A stretch of 63,754 nt of DNA, the filler included, from Choristocarpus tenellus KU-1152 (taxonomy: Eukaryota > Protista > Phaeophyceae), in NCBI GenBank assembly GCA_964200185.2. It is 9 parts of 9 records of this genome, joined end to end, with 100 filler letters (N's around TTAATTAATTAA, not from the genome) between each part and the next. Parts side by side here need not be neighbours in the genome. Positions count along the whole stretch, not along the records: positions 39,374 to 41,876 come from CAXNAD020027267.1; positions 41,977 to 46,164 come from CAXNAD020015781.1; positions 46,265 to 49,551 come from CAXNAD020021021.1; positions 49,652 to 53,154 come from CAXNAD020019587.1; positions 53,255 to 57,792 come from CAXNAD020014105.1; 4 more parts are not named here. One strand, given 5' to 3'. Shown here piece after piece: positions 40,091-53,561 of this stretch; the stretch's first letter is position 1; every line of letters begins with the position of its first letter. The notes beneath the pieces are model-generated. The model was not told the DNA's origin and did not search any database. It worked only from the letters and a program-made list of their open reading frames with translations. The translations under genes were made by a program, and so were the position numbers.

Positions 40091-40795
40091 CTATGATCGC
40101 TTTTCTTGTACTAAGTTGCGAAAAGGAATAGAGTCTCCGCCTTCATCCCCTGTTCCTCCTATCTCCCCTTCCCCATCATCAACTCCAAGCGGGGAGTGGA
40201 CAACCACCAAGTTGGCAAATGTAGGACGGCAAAGATCACGGACAGGTTTTCTCACTTGGCTTATCAATGGAAAGTTGTTGTATCCTGGGGAACGGTCGCT
40301 GGAGGAGCTAGGCTATTATTGTTGGGTTGGATCCTTTTGACTAATGTTCCTACCATTAAACAGGTGCTGTTGGTATCTGAATGAAATGAAATGGGAGTGA
40401 TTGAAAGAGTATAGTCCCAAAACATACACATACGCGTATGAACACTGAGTTTGTTGTGTGTATCACATTTCGCATTGCTCACGAGTTCTGGATTAATTAA
40501 TTAGCCCATCGGCCCAGGGAAAAAAATTGTGAGGTGAGCGAGGAAGGTCGAAAAGCATTCGCCTTACGCTAATACTCTTTAGTGCTACGTCCCCATAAGA
40601 AACAGCTTCCAAAAGGTGTTGAACAAGAGTTGGCAGAGTAGTTTGGAATTGGCTAACAATATCCAAGATAGCTGTGGGCGTGTGTACGAGAACAATTGGG
40701 CGATGGCAACATACTTTCGCAGAAACCAGCGCCTCGTCTTAGCCTTACATCCACTTTCCTCCTCATCGACCAATGTAAAACCACTTCTTCCTTCC
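40091..40795 (-). CDS. 3' part of a hypothetical multi-exon gene (exons 40795-40749, 40671-40568, 40312-40091)
   Basis: Phase-compatible GT-AG exons give EGRSGFTLVDEEESGSILDIVSQFQTTLPTLVQHLLEAVSYGDVALKSISPSSSSDRSPGYNNFPLISQVRKP...NLVQEKRS*. No family recognised. Confidence 0.4.
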
Positions 40796-40829
40796 CTACA
40801 CACAGTATCCTTGTTACCCCACAAAAAGT

Positions 40830-41075
40830 AATCAGCCAATTCCGCATATTCAATGACCAACCAGTGCGACCAATCTTAGTCGCTGGTATCCAGTCGCCAA
40901 TCAATACCGCCAATTCTGCATACCCAATGACCAACCAGTGGAACCAATCTTCCCTACTGGTTTCCAGCCACCAACCAATCCAGGCAATTTTCGTGTGTCC
41001 AGTGACCAACCAATGTGACAAATCTTTGTCCCTAGTTTCCAGTCACCAACAAATGCGACAAATTCCGGCGAATCC
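40830..41075. repeat. Diverged tandem repeat of about 75 bp (about 3.3 units), rich in CCAA(T/C)
   Basis: Recurring (c/g)caatt...a(a/g)tgaccaacca(g/a)tg...caatct...g(g)t(a/t)tccag(t/c)c(a/g)ccaa. Confidence 0.75.
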
Positions 41076-41675
41076 ACTCCACTCTCCTCCACCACACTCT
41101 ATAAATCTCCACCTTATTCGACAACACTCTCCACCACACCACTTTACACCACACCGTTCACCCACCACATCACATCATAACACTCCACATTCATCCATGA
41201 ACACCCCCCAATTATCCGCTTCATACCATGCCTTTGAGCTAGAAGACATCTACCCCGCCCAAACTTGATCTTCCCCACCCTAACATCCCACCCAATCATG
41301 AGCAATCAAGAGGATGGGTGGGTGAGTCGGTGGAAAGGATTGCTCGAAGGTTCATTGATGTTGCTCCTTCTTGTCCTCCCACTCCACCCTTGACTATTAC
41401 CTTTTGTTCTGCCCCAGTCCTTCCTATCTCGATTCTCCACCTACCCCTCAATTCCCTTTAAATTCTCGATCAAATTATCTGCCTCCGGCCATCCCGTCTT
41501 TTCTTCTATCCTTGCCAAGACTCAGCTTACTGTATGTATTTCTCTTTTCGAATTCTCACGTTCACAAAACTAGGATTACTTCATAAGGTTTGCCTTTGTG
41601 TAAAATATTATTAGCTCCAGAAAGATACGTATAGCTTCAACTTTCCACATATGCATTTCTCCTGACAAGTTCTTA

Positions 41676-41876
41676 TTGCACTTAATATCTGTAAATGTAT
41701 GGATATGTTCCCACCTAACCCACTCATCCACCAGCAAGTGTGTAGCTGCTGCCTCAGCCGAGGCGCCCACTACGAGGGCTCCTTTGATCCTCGTAGTTTT
41801 AACCTCAACACCTTTGCGGTGGAAAGTTTTGGGCGCCTCGGCAAGCAAGCGGAATGCTTCCTGGATGAGCTGGCTA
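41676..41876 (+). mobile_element. 3' fragment of an RLE-type (CRE-like) non-LTR retrotransposon
   Basis: AAASAEA..HYEGSFDPRSFNLNTFAVESFGRLGKQAECFLDELA matches the restriction-like endonuclease tail pattern (AE..K..HY...F.P.AVE.FG.LG..A..FL..LA). Confidence 0.7.
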
Positions 41877-42086
41877 NNNNNNNNNNNNNNNNNNNNNNNN
41901 NNNNNNNNNNNNNNNNNNNNTTAATTAATTAANNNNNNNNNNNNNNNNNNNNNNNNNNNNNNNNNNNNNNNNNNNNTACCTTGGCAACATATATACCATG
42001 GCGGTCAGAGACCACTCATTTAATGACTATAGGCGAGTGATGTGGCGATCAGAGGCTACTCGTTTTACGGCTAGAAAGGGACGATT

Positions 42087-42354
42087 GTGTCAAAGTACCT
42101 TAGAGGGTAGAGCGCGTCCATTTGGGGGCCAAAATCCAATGTTGCAATTTTGATGTAATTTTGATGTAATTTTGGCTATCATGTTTGTTAGGAGATGTCA
42201 ATCTCCTTGTTCCAGGCACTCATTTTCATAACGTATACATTTTTCCTACTCCGAAACATTTTGGAGTAGGTAAGATGTCAGTATGAACCCGTGAAAAGCC
42301 ATCCCCAAATGGACAAACAGGGCTAAGCTTGTACCCTCTAAGATACTTTCACTC
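42087..42354 (+). mobile_element. MITE, long subfamily (about 260 bp), copy 1
   Basis: TIR gtgtcaaagtaccttagagggta / taccctctaagatactttcactc; interior homologous to the other copies. Confidence 0.9.
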
Positions 42355-43011
42355 ATAGTTCAAACCTACTTTTTGTTGTTGCTGTGAGTCATTGAGGGTT
42401 GTTGCTTGGGCTGTGCGGGAACACTATGAAGTGCACAATGCCAATTCATCGCTTTGGGTCACCTATACACTGGTAACTTTGTACTTCACAAATTGCGATA
42501 AAGAACACATTGAACTCTAACAGAATTTCTTGCACTTGTTCGTCCTTCTGCAGTGAATCTTTTTGCTTGTGGGAGAGTGCTAAGTGGAGTTCTGGACAAA
42601 GAGTTCAACAGTGTGCTTTCTCTGTTTAGGAAGGATTTTGAGATTGGGAGACAGATGGGGAAGAGGTGCTTCAAGTAGTCCCATTCCTTCATCTGTATTG
42701 GGGAATTGTGCGAAAGATCTTTTGCCCACCAGGTCCTATAAATGAATTCAGTCATGTCTTGTCGTGGATTTATCTATGGTCATATTCAGGACAGGATAGA
42801 TGATCTTCAAGTTACAACAGTATTGGTTGACAATTGCTTCGTCCTTGGGCATGACATCACAGCTTCCATGCCTTCCCACTACTCCCTGCACTAATTGCTT
42901 TAACTGAAGGATGGCTCACAACAATGATCAAGGAGGAATGGTGTAATGGGGCATGCAAAATACCCTTTTCCGACGATGGTTGCCTCATGGATAGGGTGTG
43001 ATGGAATTCAC

Positions 43012-44246
43012 CTGCATGATGAGCATCATTTTGTCCACAAGAAAGCGATTGTTGCGCTCTATCTTATCCAGGTTCTCTTCCTGCCACAGCACCACAGCAC
43101 CACAGCACCACAGCACCACGGCACCACACATGCCATGGATTCAAAGAGTCATTGGTCCAAGTAATAAGGTGTAGATGTGACGTAGCTTGCAAAGAGGTTG
43201 ATGAGAATGTCAGCAAACCAATGATCTGACTCTGTTTTCAAAGCACCAACTAGTATGGAAAGTGAGTCTAAGCCCCAATAATGTATTAGCCCTACGTTTA
43301 AGTTTCCCTGTATTCAACCTATATACACTGGTTTCTTTATCCCTCAGGTTTGCAGTGGTACTGATGTGTGCACCACCTGTTGTGCCACACTATCAGCTAA
43401 GGAGGCCCTGGATAGTGATCCCACCAATGGTATTCTTGCTTGCCCTACATAGGAATGTTGTCGAATTTGAAGAAAAATGCGCAAACTATCTCACAAGTAA
43501 CAGAGCTAAGGTACTGTCACACTAGTACTGCCGTTCTTGGTCAGAGGAAGCAAGGATCGCGGAGATATTGACTGGGGGGGATGAGTGCTTGACTCGATAT
43601 TTACCTTGGAGAACATGGAAGAGTACCACAGACCTGCAAATGATAAGGAGCAGTGCTATACATTCTCTATTTTGAAGTACCAAGCAACGGTCGACGAAGG
43701 GGTAGCAAGTATGTTGAAGGATCCGGTGTGACACCAGTCGCATCCTCTTCTTCCTTCAGGGCTGCTGACAGGCATTGTATCAAACAGCCAACGTGAAGTC
43801 CAACATAAGCGCTCTAGGTGAATGTAGGCTATGCCCGCGCTCACCTGTATAAGCGCTTTCTTCGGGTTTTCGGCTCGGTAAAATGACATGCTTAAGGGCT
43901 TGCTGCTATCCACCAATCCGCTCCTCATTGAGCGTAGCACCCCTTGGTGCACCTGAGCGCACACACAAACCAAAATATGATTGGCTGAGGTCGTCCTTTT
44001 CTTTCTACACATGTTCGAGGTTCTCCAAGACTAATCCGTTAAGCTATGAATAAAATATCTGTGGAACGAGGAGGAAACGGCCTTGAGGTTATTTGGTTCA
44101 GAGGCAGGGCAACACAAAACGACACTCGACTTCACAGTGACCACTTTGTTCACCCTCAGGGTCCGATATGCGTCCTTCTTCTTCAACCCTTTTTGGTTGG
44201 GAAGGAACATACTTGCAGTAGTGGGGCCAAGCGTGGTCATTGACAT
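43012..44246 (-). CDS. CFAP97/Hemingway (KIAA1430)-domain cilia/flagella protein, 5' exons 44246-44154, 43952-43845, 43080-43012; 3' end unresolved
   Basis: Phase-0 GT-AG exons give MSMTTLGPTTASMFLPNQKGLKKKDAYRTLRVHQGVLRSMRSGLVDSSKPLSMSFYRAENPKKALIQEENLDKIERNNRFLVDKMMLIMQ, matching the pattern H.....VD...P.....KK...EE....IER.N..L..K...IM. Confidence 0.75.
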
Positions 44247-45700
44247 GGTTTGAGAGGACGGATTTCACCCTGAAGGTTCACCCTGAGAGTTCACCCCCAA
44301 TATTACGGTGCTCTATGCAGTATAGTAATATTAACAACACATGGAAATCAGAACTAGACCCTCCACAAATTCTTCCTTGAAAAACGTTACCCAAGAAAAA
44401 AAAAGATAAACTAAAGCCAGCCAAGGTTATGCACTTCCCTAATGTGTGCCTTAACCCTAACTGTGTGAACATTTACTAAATTTGTCCTTTCAGTCGTTGC
44501 ACACTCTGGTGGTACGTCTATATATAGCACAGGTACCCACGCGAAATAGAGGGCCAATGTCAGCTTGATTTTTGGTCAAGGGGCTTCCTTTATACCTCTG
44601 GAGGTAGCTTAGTCGTGGATGGTCACTATTCCTAGATGGGATAGACTGTCTTCCCTCGTCCTTTATCGATTCGATGGCCTCTAGTCGGTGGTTGGTGAGG
44701 TTATGTTGCGAACTCAAATCTTACATGGAATATCTAGGGGAGCAGGAATGAGTTGTCCTTCAGCTTTATCTCGCTACAGATCATTGGGTTGGTGGATGTT
44801 GTCTTCTAATTTTCCTGGCGTTGCCACAGAACGACCATTCTTCATTCTGAGCATATCGCTGATCCACATCATAATCGTTCGACCACGGATGGTCCAACTC
44901 ATATTCCCTTCGTACGCGAATGGACTACCTGAAGTTGTCTCTGTGTCATTCCTCCTCTTGCCTTGACTTGGACATGGCCTATGTGGAGCCCCTATAAGTT
45001 TTAATCACACTACGAAGGGCGGGTATCAGTGACACTTTCTCATTCTCTTGGCACTGCGCCTGTACGCAACGTGTATCTTGGTGTGAGGGGGTCCTATACA
45101 CCTGGTCTAACTTGTCCTCCTTTCCTCCCTTACCACCTTCGGTGCTTCAATTCGCGACCATGCTGCTGGCCTTGCTCCCTCGCGCATGACGGCCGCCAAT
45201 GTAAAGCTCTTCCATATTCTTTCCAACCCCGCGTTCACCGCAGCCAAGGCACGAGTTCTTGTAAGGAAAAGGCAGAAAAGCGGAAAGAGAGGGTGGGAAA
45301 TCACACAGAGACGAGCACACGCACATTTACCCGTCTTATCCTTTCAAGGTCCTTGAGGCCTACTGGATAAGACCATGGATGAACTGGAGATGCCGCTGCA
45401 CCCCACCCCTCAGCTGGACCCTACAATGAAGGGGAATCTTGTCCTAGATGAATCTAATCGCCCGACATTCAAGGTGTGAATCGCTTTTATTTGCCTCCGA
45501 TCACCCCTGCCTCAATAGTTAATTGTTTGTTATTTGCTTAATATGATACGCCCCACAAGATTAGATCTTGGTGCTGCTTCCAAGAGCGATACCCCTCCCC
45601 CCCCCCCCCCCCTCCACCCCACGCGATGGTTTTGTTAGTCTTAAGACTTTTCAACTCTGATCTCCTTCTGATATATTGGAGTAGTTTTAACGTGTTTGTT

Positions 45701-45739
<39 letters not shown>

Positions 45740-46409
45740 ATTTTTTTCAAGCTCGGGAGGGGTAAGGCCTCTAGGAAACAGTCATTGTTGGTTGCCCCAG
45801 GAGAGCATCGCAGCTTGTGTATAGGGCATGCGGATCTTTTTTCCCACTCCACGGCCGACTAATTAATTGATCAAACTCCGTACCCCACCACATACATGCA
45901 TGGGAGTACTTTACTTTAACTTAACTCTGAAGGAGAACTTAATTTAGGGTTAGGGTTACCACACATGACCCTCACACGCTGCTTCCACCTGTAAACCAGT
46001 ACCTAGCCCTACCCCTAAAGAATGTTCCAGGAAATACACACACACACACACACACACGTATATATGTATATGTGTGTGTGAATATATACTTTTCAAAAAG
46101 GACCTCTTACATATTTCTCGGGGTGTGGTGTTTTGTGTGATGAAGTGTTCAAAATCAGCACCCCNNNNNNNNNNNNNNNNNNNNNNNNNNNNNNNNNNNN
46201 NNNNNNNNTTAATTAATTAANNNNNNNNNNNNNNNNNNNNNNNNNNNNNNNNNNNNNNNNNNNNGAACTAATGAAAGTAACGTCCAGAGCATAACAGACC
46301 AATCATCAGTCAGTGTTGAGTGGTGGAACTGTATCGTATCAAGGAACAAACAGATGAGTAGCCTATGTTTTAACACCAGTACCCGCAATGTGAACACATG
46401 AGATTCAAG

Positions 46410-47995
46410 ATGGCGGGCAGACGCGCGATGCGGAGGAGAGCCTCTAATGATGGCGATGAGCTAGAGGCGATTCGAGCCGGCCCAATCCACGGGGTTTGTT
46501 CAATCTCTTACTTTCTTCAAGGATTGTAAGTGAATACTACGAAGTGCTATGTGGTAGTATATATATGTATATATATGTATATATATTATGCATAATGTTT
46601 TTTAGAGTGAGATTCGGTGGCGCGAGCCAGCGCTCCATATGACGCGAGAGGAAGAGGGTCAGGTAACAGACAGCCACACGGACATACACGGACACAAAGA
46701 CACACAGCATACGCGAATCGAACAGGAATCTCCATCACTCGGTCTCGCACCATATGTACTACTTGCGTATGTGAGGGTGGTCCAGTAGTAGGTTTGAAGG
46801 AAAAATTCAGTTACTTGTTGGATAAATGCGTAAGACCACGCTTCCCCCTCTCCGCGGCAACATTTATGTCACAAACTGTCAGTGAGTGCAAGAAATTCTA
46901 TCAGCACACACAAATAGTGTATAGCATTTTATTTTTGGACGCAACTGCTCATCGTACTTCGAAGTATACATGCATACTAGTTCATAGGAGCGTGTCCATA
47001 ACCCTTGCAATTCTCGACCAAATATGATAAGCAATATATGAGGTGAAAGCTGAGGGCAAGGGGCATCTGGTGTTATGGGGGACAAAAAAAAATGACGAAA
47101 TGGATTTCGTTAGGTAATACATGGTGTGAAGCTATTACGAGTGTCTTGAGATTATTGGAATGGCGTGGAAATTTCACATTACTAAAAAAACAGTCGTATT
47201 TTTCGGTTTCACATGAAGAGTCATACATATGCCGGCAGAGGACGTAGTGCGCTCAGACGCATGTGTGGGTAGAGGTGGTGCGGTTCTGAGTGATTCAGGA
47301 CTCGAGTAATACAGCTTTACTGCTGGGATAGCAGTGAAGTGAGTGCTTTAAAGCATTTGGCTTACAAGGCGTGGCAAACAGCAAAGAGAAAACGGATGCT
47401 CTGGAGTATTTCGTGCATTCTCAGGGGAGACACTAATTGATATGCACCCCTTCGTGATGCTGCATCGGATTGGCCTTCCAGGCCTTGTTCGTTGGGGTTT
47501 GGGTCACAGAAGAATTGGAGCGTTAAATTCCTTTGCACTCACGCAGGATCATTATTTCTTTAAGTCTATCTCTACACGGGCTGCCATATCTCTCCATCCA
47601 TCTCCTCAACCACACCCTCCTCCTGCTCTTCACCAGTCTCTTTTACATCCTCCTCCCCGTCTCTAACACTCGAGGAATGACACCCTCAGTCGCAGGGGGA
47701 GCAATGGGGTGTTCCTTGCCAAGTTTTCCCCCGTGCAGGATCACACGTACTCTGTGAGTGACTGCAAATAGTGGCAAGACCCTGCGCATCCTGGATTCTG
47801 AGATTTGAAGCTACCGCATGCAAGACTCCGTTGCTTCATTGGACGTTGTCAGGTGAAGCTTATAGCGCCCCTGATTTTGAAACCCTAAAACAGACGGCTC
47901 AACTTCTGAGTGCCGCTGTGCCACCGCTACGACCCCCCACAGCCATGGAAATTGAGAGGCAGCGAAGGTTGCGTTTCAGGGATGCCGAGAAACGG
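46410..47995 (+). CDS. Candidate 5' exons of a hypothetical gene (46410-46525 and about 47853-47995)
   Basis: ATG exon MAGRRAMRRRASNDGDELEAIRAG.. ends at gtaagt; exon GEAYSAPDFETLKQTAQLLSAAVPPLRPPTAMEIERQRRLRFRDAEKR ends at gtaaag. CpG-rich context. The phase join is not resolved. Confidence 0.35.
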
Positions 47996-48831
47996 TAAAG
48001 ACACGCTATTCTGTGCAACTGCATGAAGAGGTTTTTGCTGAATTGTGGTGTCACTTCTTGGGTAGAAAGGGGGAATATCAATTTTGCGTATCCCTTCGTG
48101 CACATAGAGCAAGGAAATGGGGTGTATTGCACACCCCCCGCACGAAATGTATACCTGTGGAACGGCAGGACCCTGATCTTCCACTGCACCACACAGCGTT
48201 AATAGATTGCGAGAGCCTTGCTGGTGATGCAGCGAGGTGTGGCATGCAAAATGAAATGTTGCTTCTCAAGAAATGAAAAAAGGCGTCCCAGGAACTGAAT
48301 TCCGTTTCCTACTATCTCCCCCCGTAACGATAGTATACTATATACATGTACTACCAAGGAAGCATCTACATGTTACTACTTTGGAGTAGTAGCATACACA
48401 TACTATCAGCGCGCGTACGCACACATAATAATCCATGTGTTACCTGCTGCTGCTGTACAACAAGTCGCACACAGCAGCAGAAAATATCCAGGTAGTAAAA
48501 CATGCTTACTTACACTAAGTTGAAGTCCGTGGAGGGAGCACTCACACGTTTTGATGTTGTGGTTCAAGCCCATCTCGTACGCTGCCCCTCTGTGCTTGTT
48601 GGAGCGCACTGACTGGGTGAAGCCGTCATTGTAATACCACTAGTGAATAAAGTAAACCAGAGGTGCCCAGGTTTTGGCCGATTCGCATTTTAAGTTTGTT
48701 TTGCAATAGTTTGCGGTTCACCCATGTTTCTATCGATGAAGTCCTAAGTTTGGCTTTAGAGTGTTCATTTCTCTATTGCTTGAAACTTTTCCGACACAGA
48801 CCAGAAAATATCTTATACACATTTGTAAAAA

Positions 48832-49089
48832 GAGCCAAAGTATCTCAGAGGGTAGAGCCGCGTCCATTTGGGGACCAAAATCCAATGTTGTGATTTCAAT
48901 GTAAATTTGGCTATCGTGTTTGTTAGGAAGTGTCAGTATCCTTGTTCCGAAGACACCTTTTCATAACATACACATTTTACCTACTCCGAGATATTTTGGA
49001 GTTGGAAAATGTCATAAAATCCTCGAGAAAAACCAAACTCCAAATGGACAAACAGGGCAAAACTCGTACCCTCTAAGATACTTTCACTC
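48832..49089 (+). mobile_element. MITE, long subfamily, copy 2
   Basis: gagccaaagtatctcagagggta ... taccctctaagatactttcactc. Confidence 0.9.
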
Positions 49090-52000
49090 TCATACTATGA
49101 TGACACTATTACTTATATGCACTCAATGTTAACTTCTTCTACTTGGCGACGATAACAATAATTGATAAACAATCTAATAATATGGCAAAATAACCCTAAC
49201 TTCTTCTCTTCTTCCTATTAAGAGTGCCAAAAATATACGCAAAGCACAAGCTTTTCATGTATGTCTAGAGTGAAGCATGTGTTCGTTCTTCGTGGACTTG
49301 TAAGTTTTTTTGGTGGATGTGACCTATTAATTATCCCTTATTGCTTGTACAAACCACATAATAACACTCGAATACATATTTATAACTAGTAGAAGAAGAC
49401 GTATGTATATACGTATATACTGTATAATACAATCTGTAGTGTACCATACATATTATTATAAGAATATCAAAACCGTTACCGGCTCCCCCCCGGGGGGGGG
49501 CATCTGTCCTTATACCTTAGGCTTGGTCGAGGTCGCTTCCAAATCGTAGCGNNNNNNNNNNNNNNNNNNNNNNNNNNNNNNNNNNNNNNNNNNNNTTAAT
49601 TAATTAANNNNNNNNNNNNNNNNNNNNNNNNNNNNNNNNNNNNNNNNNNNNCTCACTTGGATTATCATCAATATCATTGTATAAGAAAGTAACTGATCAA
49701 CGATGTCTTATCACAATCGGAGACCATAATGACCAAGTAATAAATAAATAATCAAGAAGTACGAATATATCAAATCTAGAACTTCAATGTTATAATGGTG
49801 TTTATGAAACCGCCATCAAGACATATCGGCTGTAACAATTTTAGTGTGTAATCGCATAGATATCTCTTTTTAGCCTTTCTATGTGTTAAGAAACGCTCCC
49901 ACAATGGTAGAATATCTAGGTTCAATCCACAATCCTGCATGTATAGGGTGATAACGAGGCTCGCAGAAAGCGCCAGAATACAATAAAAAAACAGAGATAA
50001 CCTGATAACAAAAGAATTAGGTGGCTATGGGGTTATTAGGTAAATGTATAGTTCTTCTCAAGATAACTGTACGATAATTGTATACGAATCTATGAAGGTG
50101 GGGAGAGAGTTGCGATTGTAGTATGAAAAGGGGCGAATTTTCGTAAGCCAAGACACAACTGAGATGTATTGCTTGATTTTCAAGGTATATATTTATTGGG
50201 TGTATCTAGAGATAATCGAACATGCCCTTTTGGGTTGTTCGTGTACATGCTGCTCGCAGTAGTTGGAGCAAGAGAAGCAACGCATACGCTAAACGCCTGT
50301 AACACATACACCTCAATAGCTGGAGGCACCAGGTCATCGGGCTCACGGATTCTTCGTGTTATTCCCTAACTCCTCGTCGACCACCTTTGTAGGGTTATGG
50401 GCTAGGAAAATAGTACTGTGTGACTAGGAAGATGGTACTGTGAACAACTTTACGAGAGATAGTGTTGTATATATACTGTAGTAGTTGGTACAGATTAAGA
50501 AGAAAGTACACTGGAAACGACAAGTACAGAGTATTTGAAACCAGAAACAAAGCTAGAGATGGTGAGTTCACATGGAAGTGGATATTCTGTCCTAAGGGGG
50601 ACACAAAATCAATAATTGAAGGAAGGATGAGGGGGTGAAGGTCATCTACTATATCTTATTATGCCCATTGACATGCTCGGTGCAAGAAAATAAATAATAA
50701 TAAAGAGAAGGTGACGAAATGTAATGGTGCACAAACATAACCACAGAAAGGAACTACTGTATCAGATACACCAAAAAACAACACTCGAAAGACTGACTCC
50801 ACAGAGGCAGGCGAGAATCAAAGGGAAAATCACATTAATCTGTCAAACCTCTCCTAGCCCATCAGTTTGGAGTCGTTACCTTATCTGCAAAACCCTGCTG
50901 GGTACGGTCATTTGAGTAGTGACTCAAGTCATTTGCCTCAATCGGAACTTTGCAGCTCCCATTATGCTGAACTCCCCGCCCCCCTACCTCCTACGATGTT
51001 TGTCACTAGACTCGTCCAGAAATAGGCCTTCCTACATACCAAGATACTATTGCTTAATATTTTTAAACGCCTCATATGGAAGCCCTAATTGTTTTTGGTT
51101 ATCTTTTGGTCTAGTAAAACCGTTTTGGTTCATTCTAATCCACTGAATAGTCACGTGCGTGTGTAAACAACTTACATACCCATAAATATTACGAAAACTC
51201 TATGTCGTGTATATTTTCGTAAGTATGAAGGGTGACCTTGCGTATTTTCATTTTAGATGCTCTTCACTACCCCTTGTCTGAGTGCACCACGGCATCATAT
51301 TCCAGGGTCCTGAAGTTACATTTTGAGTCAACCACTCCCTCAACAACATTCAACAAATATTGTTGGATTCCACGTGTAGAGTTTGGGACAATAATATTCG
51401 GAGGGAAGCAAATCAAAAGGATGGTTCAGCCAACAGATTCGCAGCAATACTCTATATGAGTATCCACATCTATCTAGTAATCTTATTAAAAATCAAAACA
51501 CCGATTCTTCAACTTCAACCTTCACCCCCTCCACCCCCCACTCTACCTAAATTGCTGTTTTTGAGTTGGTGTCTGATTTTGTGACCCCTTAGAGCTGCAG
51601 AGATTTGGGAGATGACAGAAAATGTACCCAGTTACATTGACCCAACCATTTCTTTGATAGTTTTGTTCTGTACTTTAACATTATTTTTTTTAGAACACGA
51701 AATTAGTGACTAGGCACGACGATAAGTACCGGAAGCTAGTTTTCTAGATGGCTCCAAAATACTATACTTTTCGTGAGTATAACAGATTGTCACGGTGACT
51801 AAAATATAACAAGGGCATGTTTTTAGACGCGCCATTAGCAACAGTGACAATGAGTACACTTTAAAAAGTTGGATAAGTAATGGAGTATGAAGGTGTAATG
51901 TAGACATAGGTGTCAATATGTCGTAGCAAAACGGTGTTTACCCATCAGATTATATCAACTACAGCATGGAAGTTCTCTCTGTTTTGACCTGCACGAGGGT

Positions 52001-53561
52001 TGTACTTGACGGATGCTGGCATTGACATGTAACATGCAACAGAGCCTACTCCTGATGTCAACAAGGATTCCAATCATGACCAATCCCCCCCACCCTGATT
52101 TTTCATTTATGAGGAAATTATTTTAGCTTCTGTGTACATCATGACGGTTGGTAGTGAATTTGATTCCGTTAGAAATGTTCACATCGTCGCTTTTGTCCTG
52201 AATTTGTATGCAACATTCACTAAATAAACTATACAGTAGTAGTATATTTATGTTACTATGCCCACTGAAATGTTGCAGGGATTGTCATTAAGAAGGAAAA
52301 ACAATAAGCATAAAGGAAAGAAAACAGTAAACACAGCACCAAAAAATATTATGGGGAAGGAACAAACACAACAACTCCAGGAGAGTACTCTCAGAAATAT
52401 ATTGTGGAAAGTAGTACATACCGTGTGTGCCGTCTATTGTGAAAATCGTGATAAATAGATAATTTCATACTCGAGAATAATATGCTCTGGCCAAACAAGA
52501 AAGTTGTCTGACTAGCCATTGGACACAATAGGAGGATCATTGGGCGAAATGGATGTGCGGACGGACGTATTCTCCAGTCAACCACGGCACTTGTGATATC
52601 TACATGCCAATATGATACTTATATCTCCTACGTGTATCTCTTGCAAAACACTGGAGACTGGAATCAAGAAACCGCTGTCGAAGTACACATGTTCTTGGGC
52701 AGCTTGAATTTACTTAGTTAAATTATAACTTGCGGCTTTGGACTACTACTGTTGTGGTAGGTCAGTGATAAATATCCAGAAACTTGATTTTACCGGGCAT
52801 TGTCCCAGTAACAGGAGGGTCCATCTATCACCGCACCCTCTCTGTGATTGATAGTCAGTCCCACTTATGTTGATGTTCGCAGTTGTGTTTGTGTTTGTCT
52901 ACTTGTTCGCTTTAGAGCAGCAGGTTATTGTATTTCATGTTTTTGTTTATAGCATCAGGTTACGATTACGAATGTTTATGCGGCATTGTATAATATTTTT
53001 GTGAGACTTCCGTTCGTGTTTTTTATGTTGTGTGATACAATATTTATACTTGTGCTTCAAGCGTGTGATTTATTTCTTACTTGAATGTGAAGTCAAATAC
53101 AGACTAAGCACTGTCAGGTGCAAGTGTGACCCAAAGTATCTGGGAGGGGGGGGGNNNNNNNNNNNNNNNNNNNNNNNNNNNNNNNNNNNNNNNNNNNNTT
53201 AATTAATTAANNNNNNNNNNNNNNNNNNNNNNNNNNNNNNNNNNNNNNNNNNNNCAGCTACGTACACGGTACAAGGGGGGGGAGGGGGCTTTTCTATTTC
53301 TCTTCTGATGGGCACACTAGAGAGAGAGTTGAGTGTCTACAAAAATAAAAGTCCTCTGCTTCTATATGCATTGCAAGCATAAATCAAACATGCACTTATC
53401 TATACCCTGAAGGCACAAACTCAACCTAAAAAAAATTACATCCTCTTCTTCCACCTGTCAAACTGAAGAAAGAATGCACACGCCACCCAATGCACCACCA
53501 AAACCCTCATCAACCCACCACCCCGACCCCCACCGTTGTTGTCTTTGTGTGCAATGTGTAC

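Noticed and set aside
40696-41268. 190-aa ORF
   Set aside because: Explained by a 75-bp (in-frame) tandem repeat and CA-rich low-complexity sequence; no family motif.
49895-49930. tRNA-like A/B box fragment (tggtaga...ggttcaatcc)
   Set aside because: Spacing is too short and no cloverleaf forms; at most a SINE trace.
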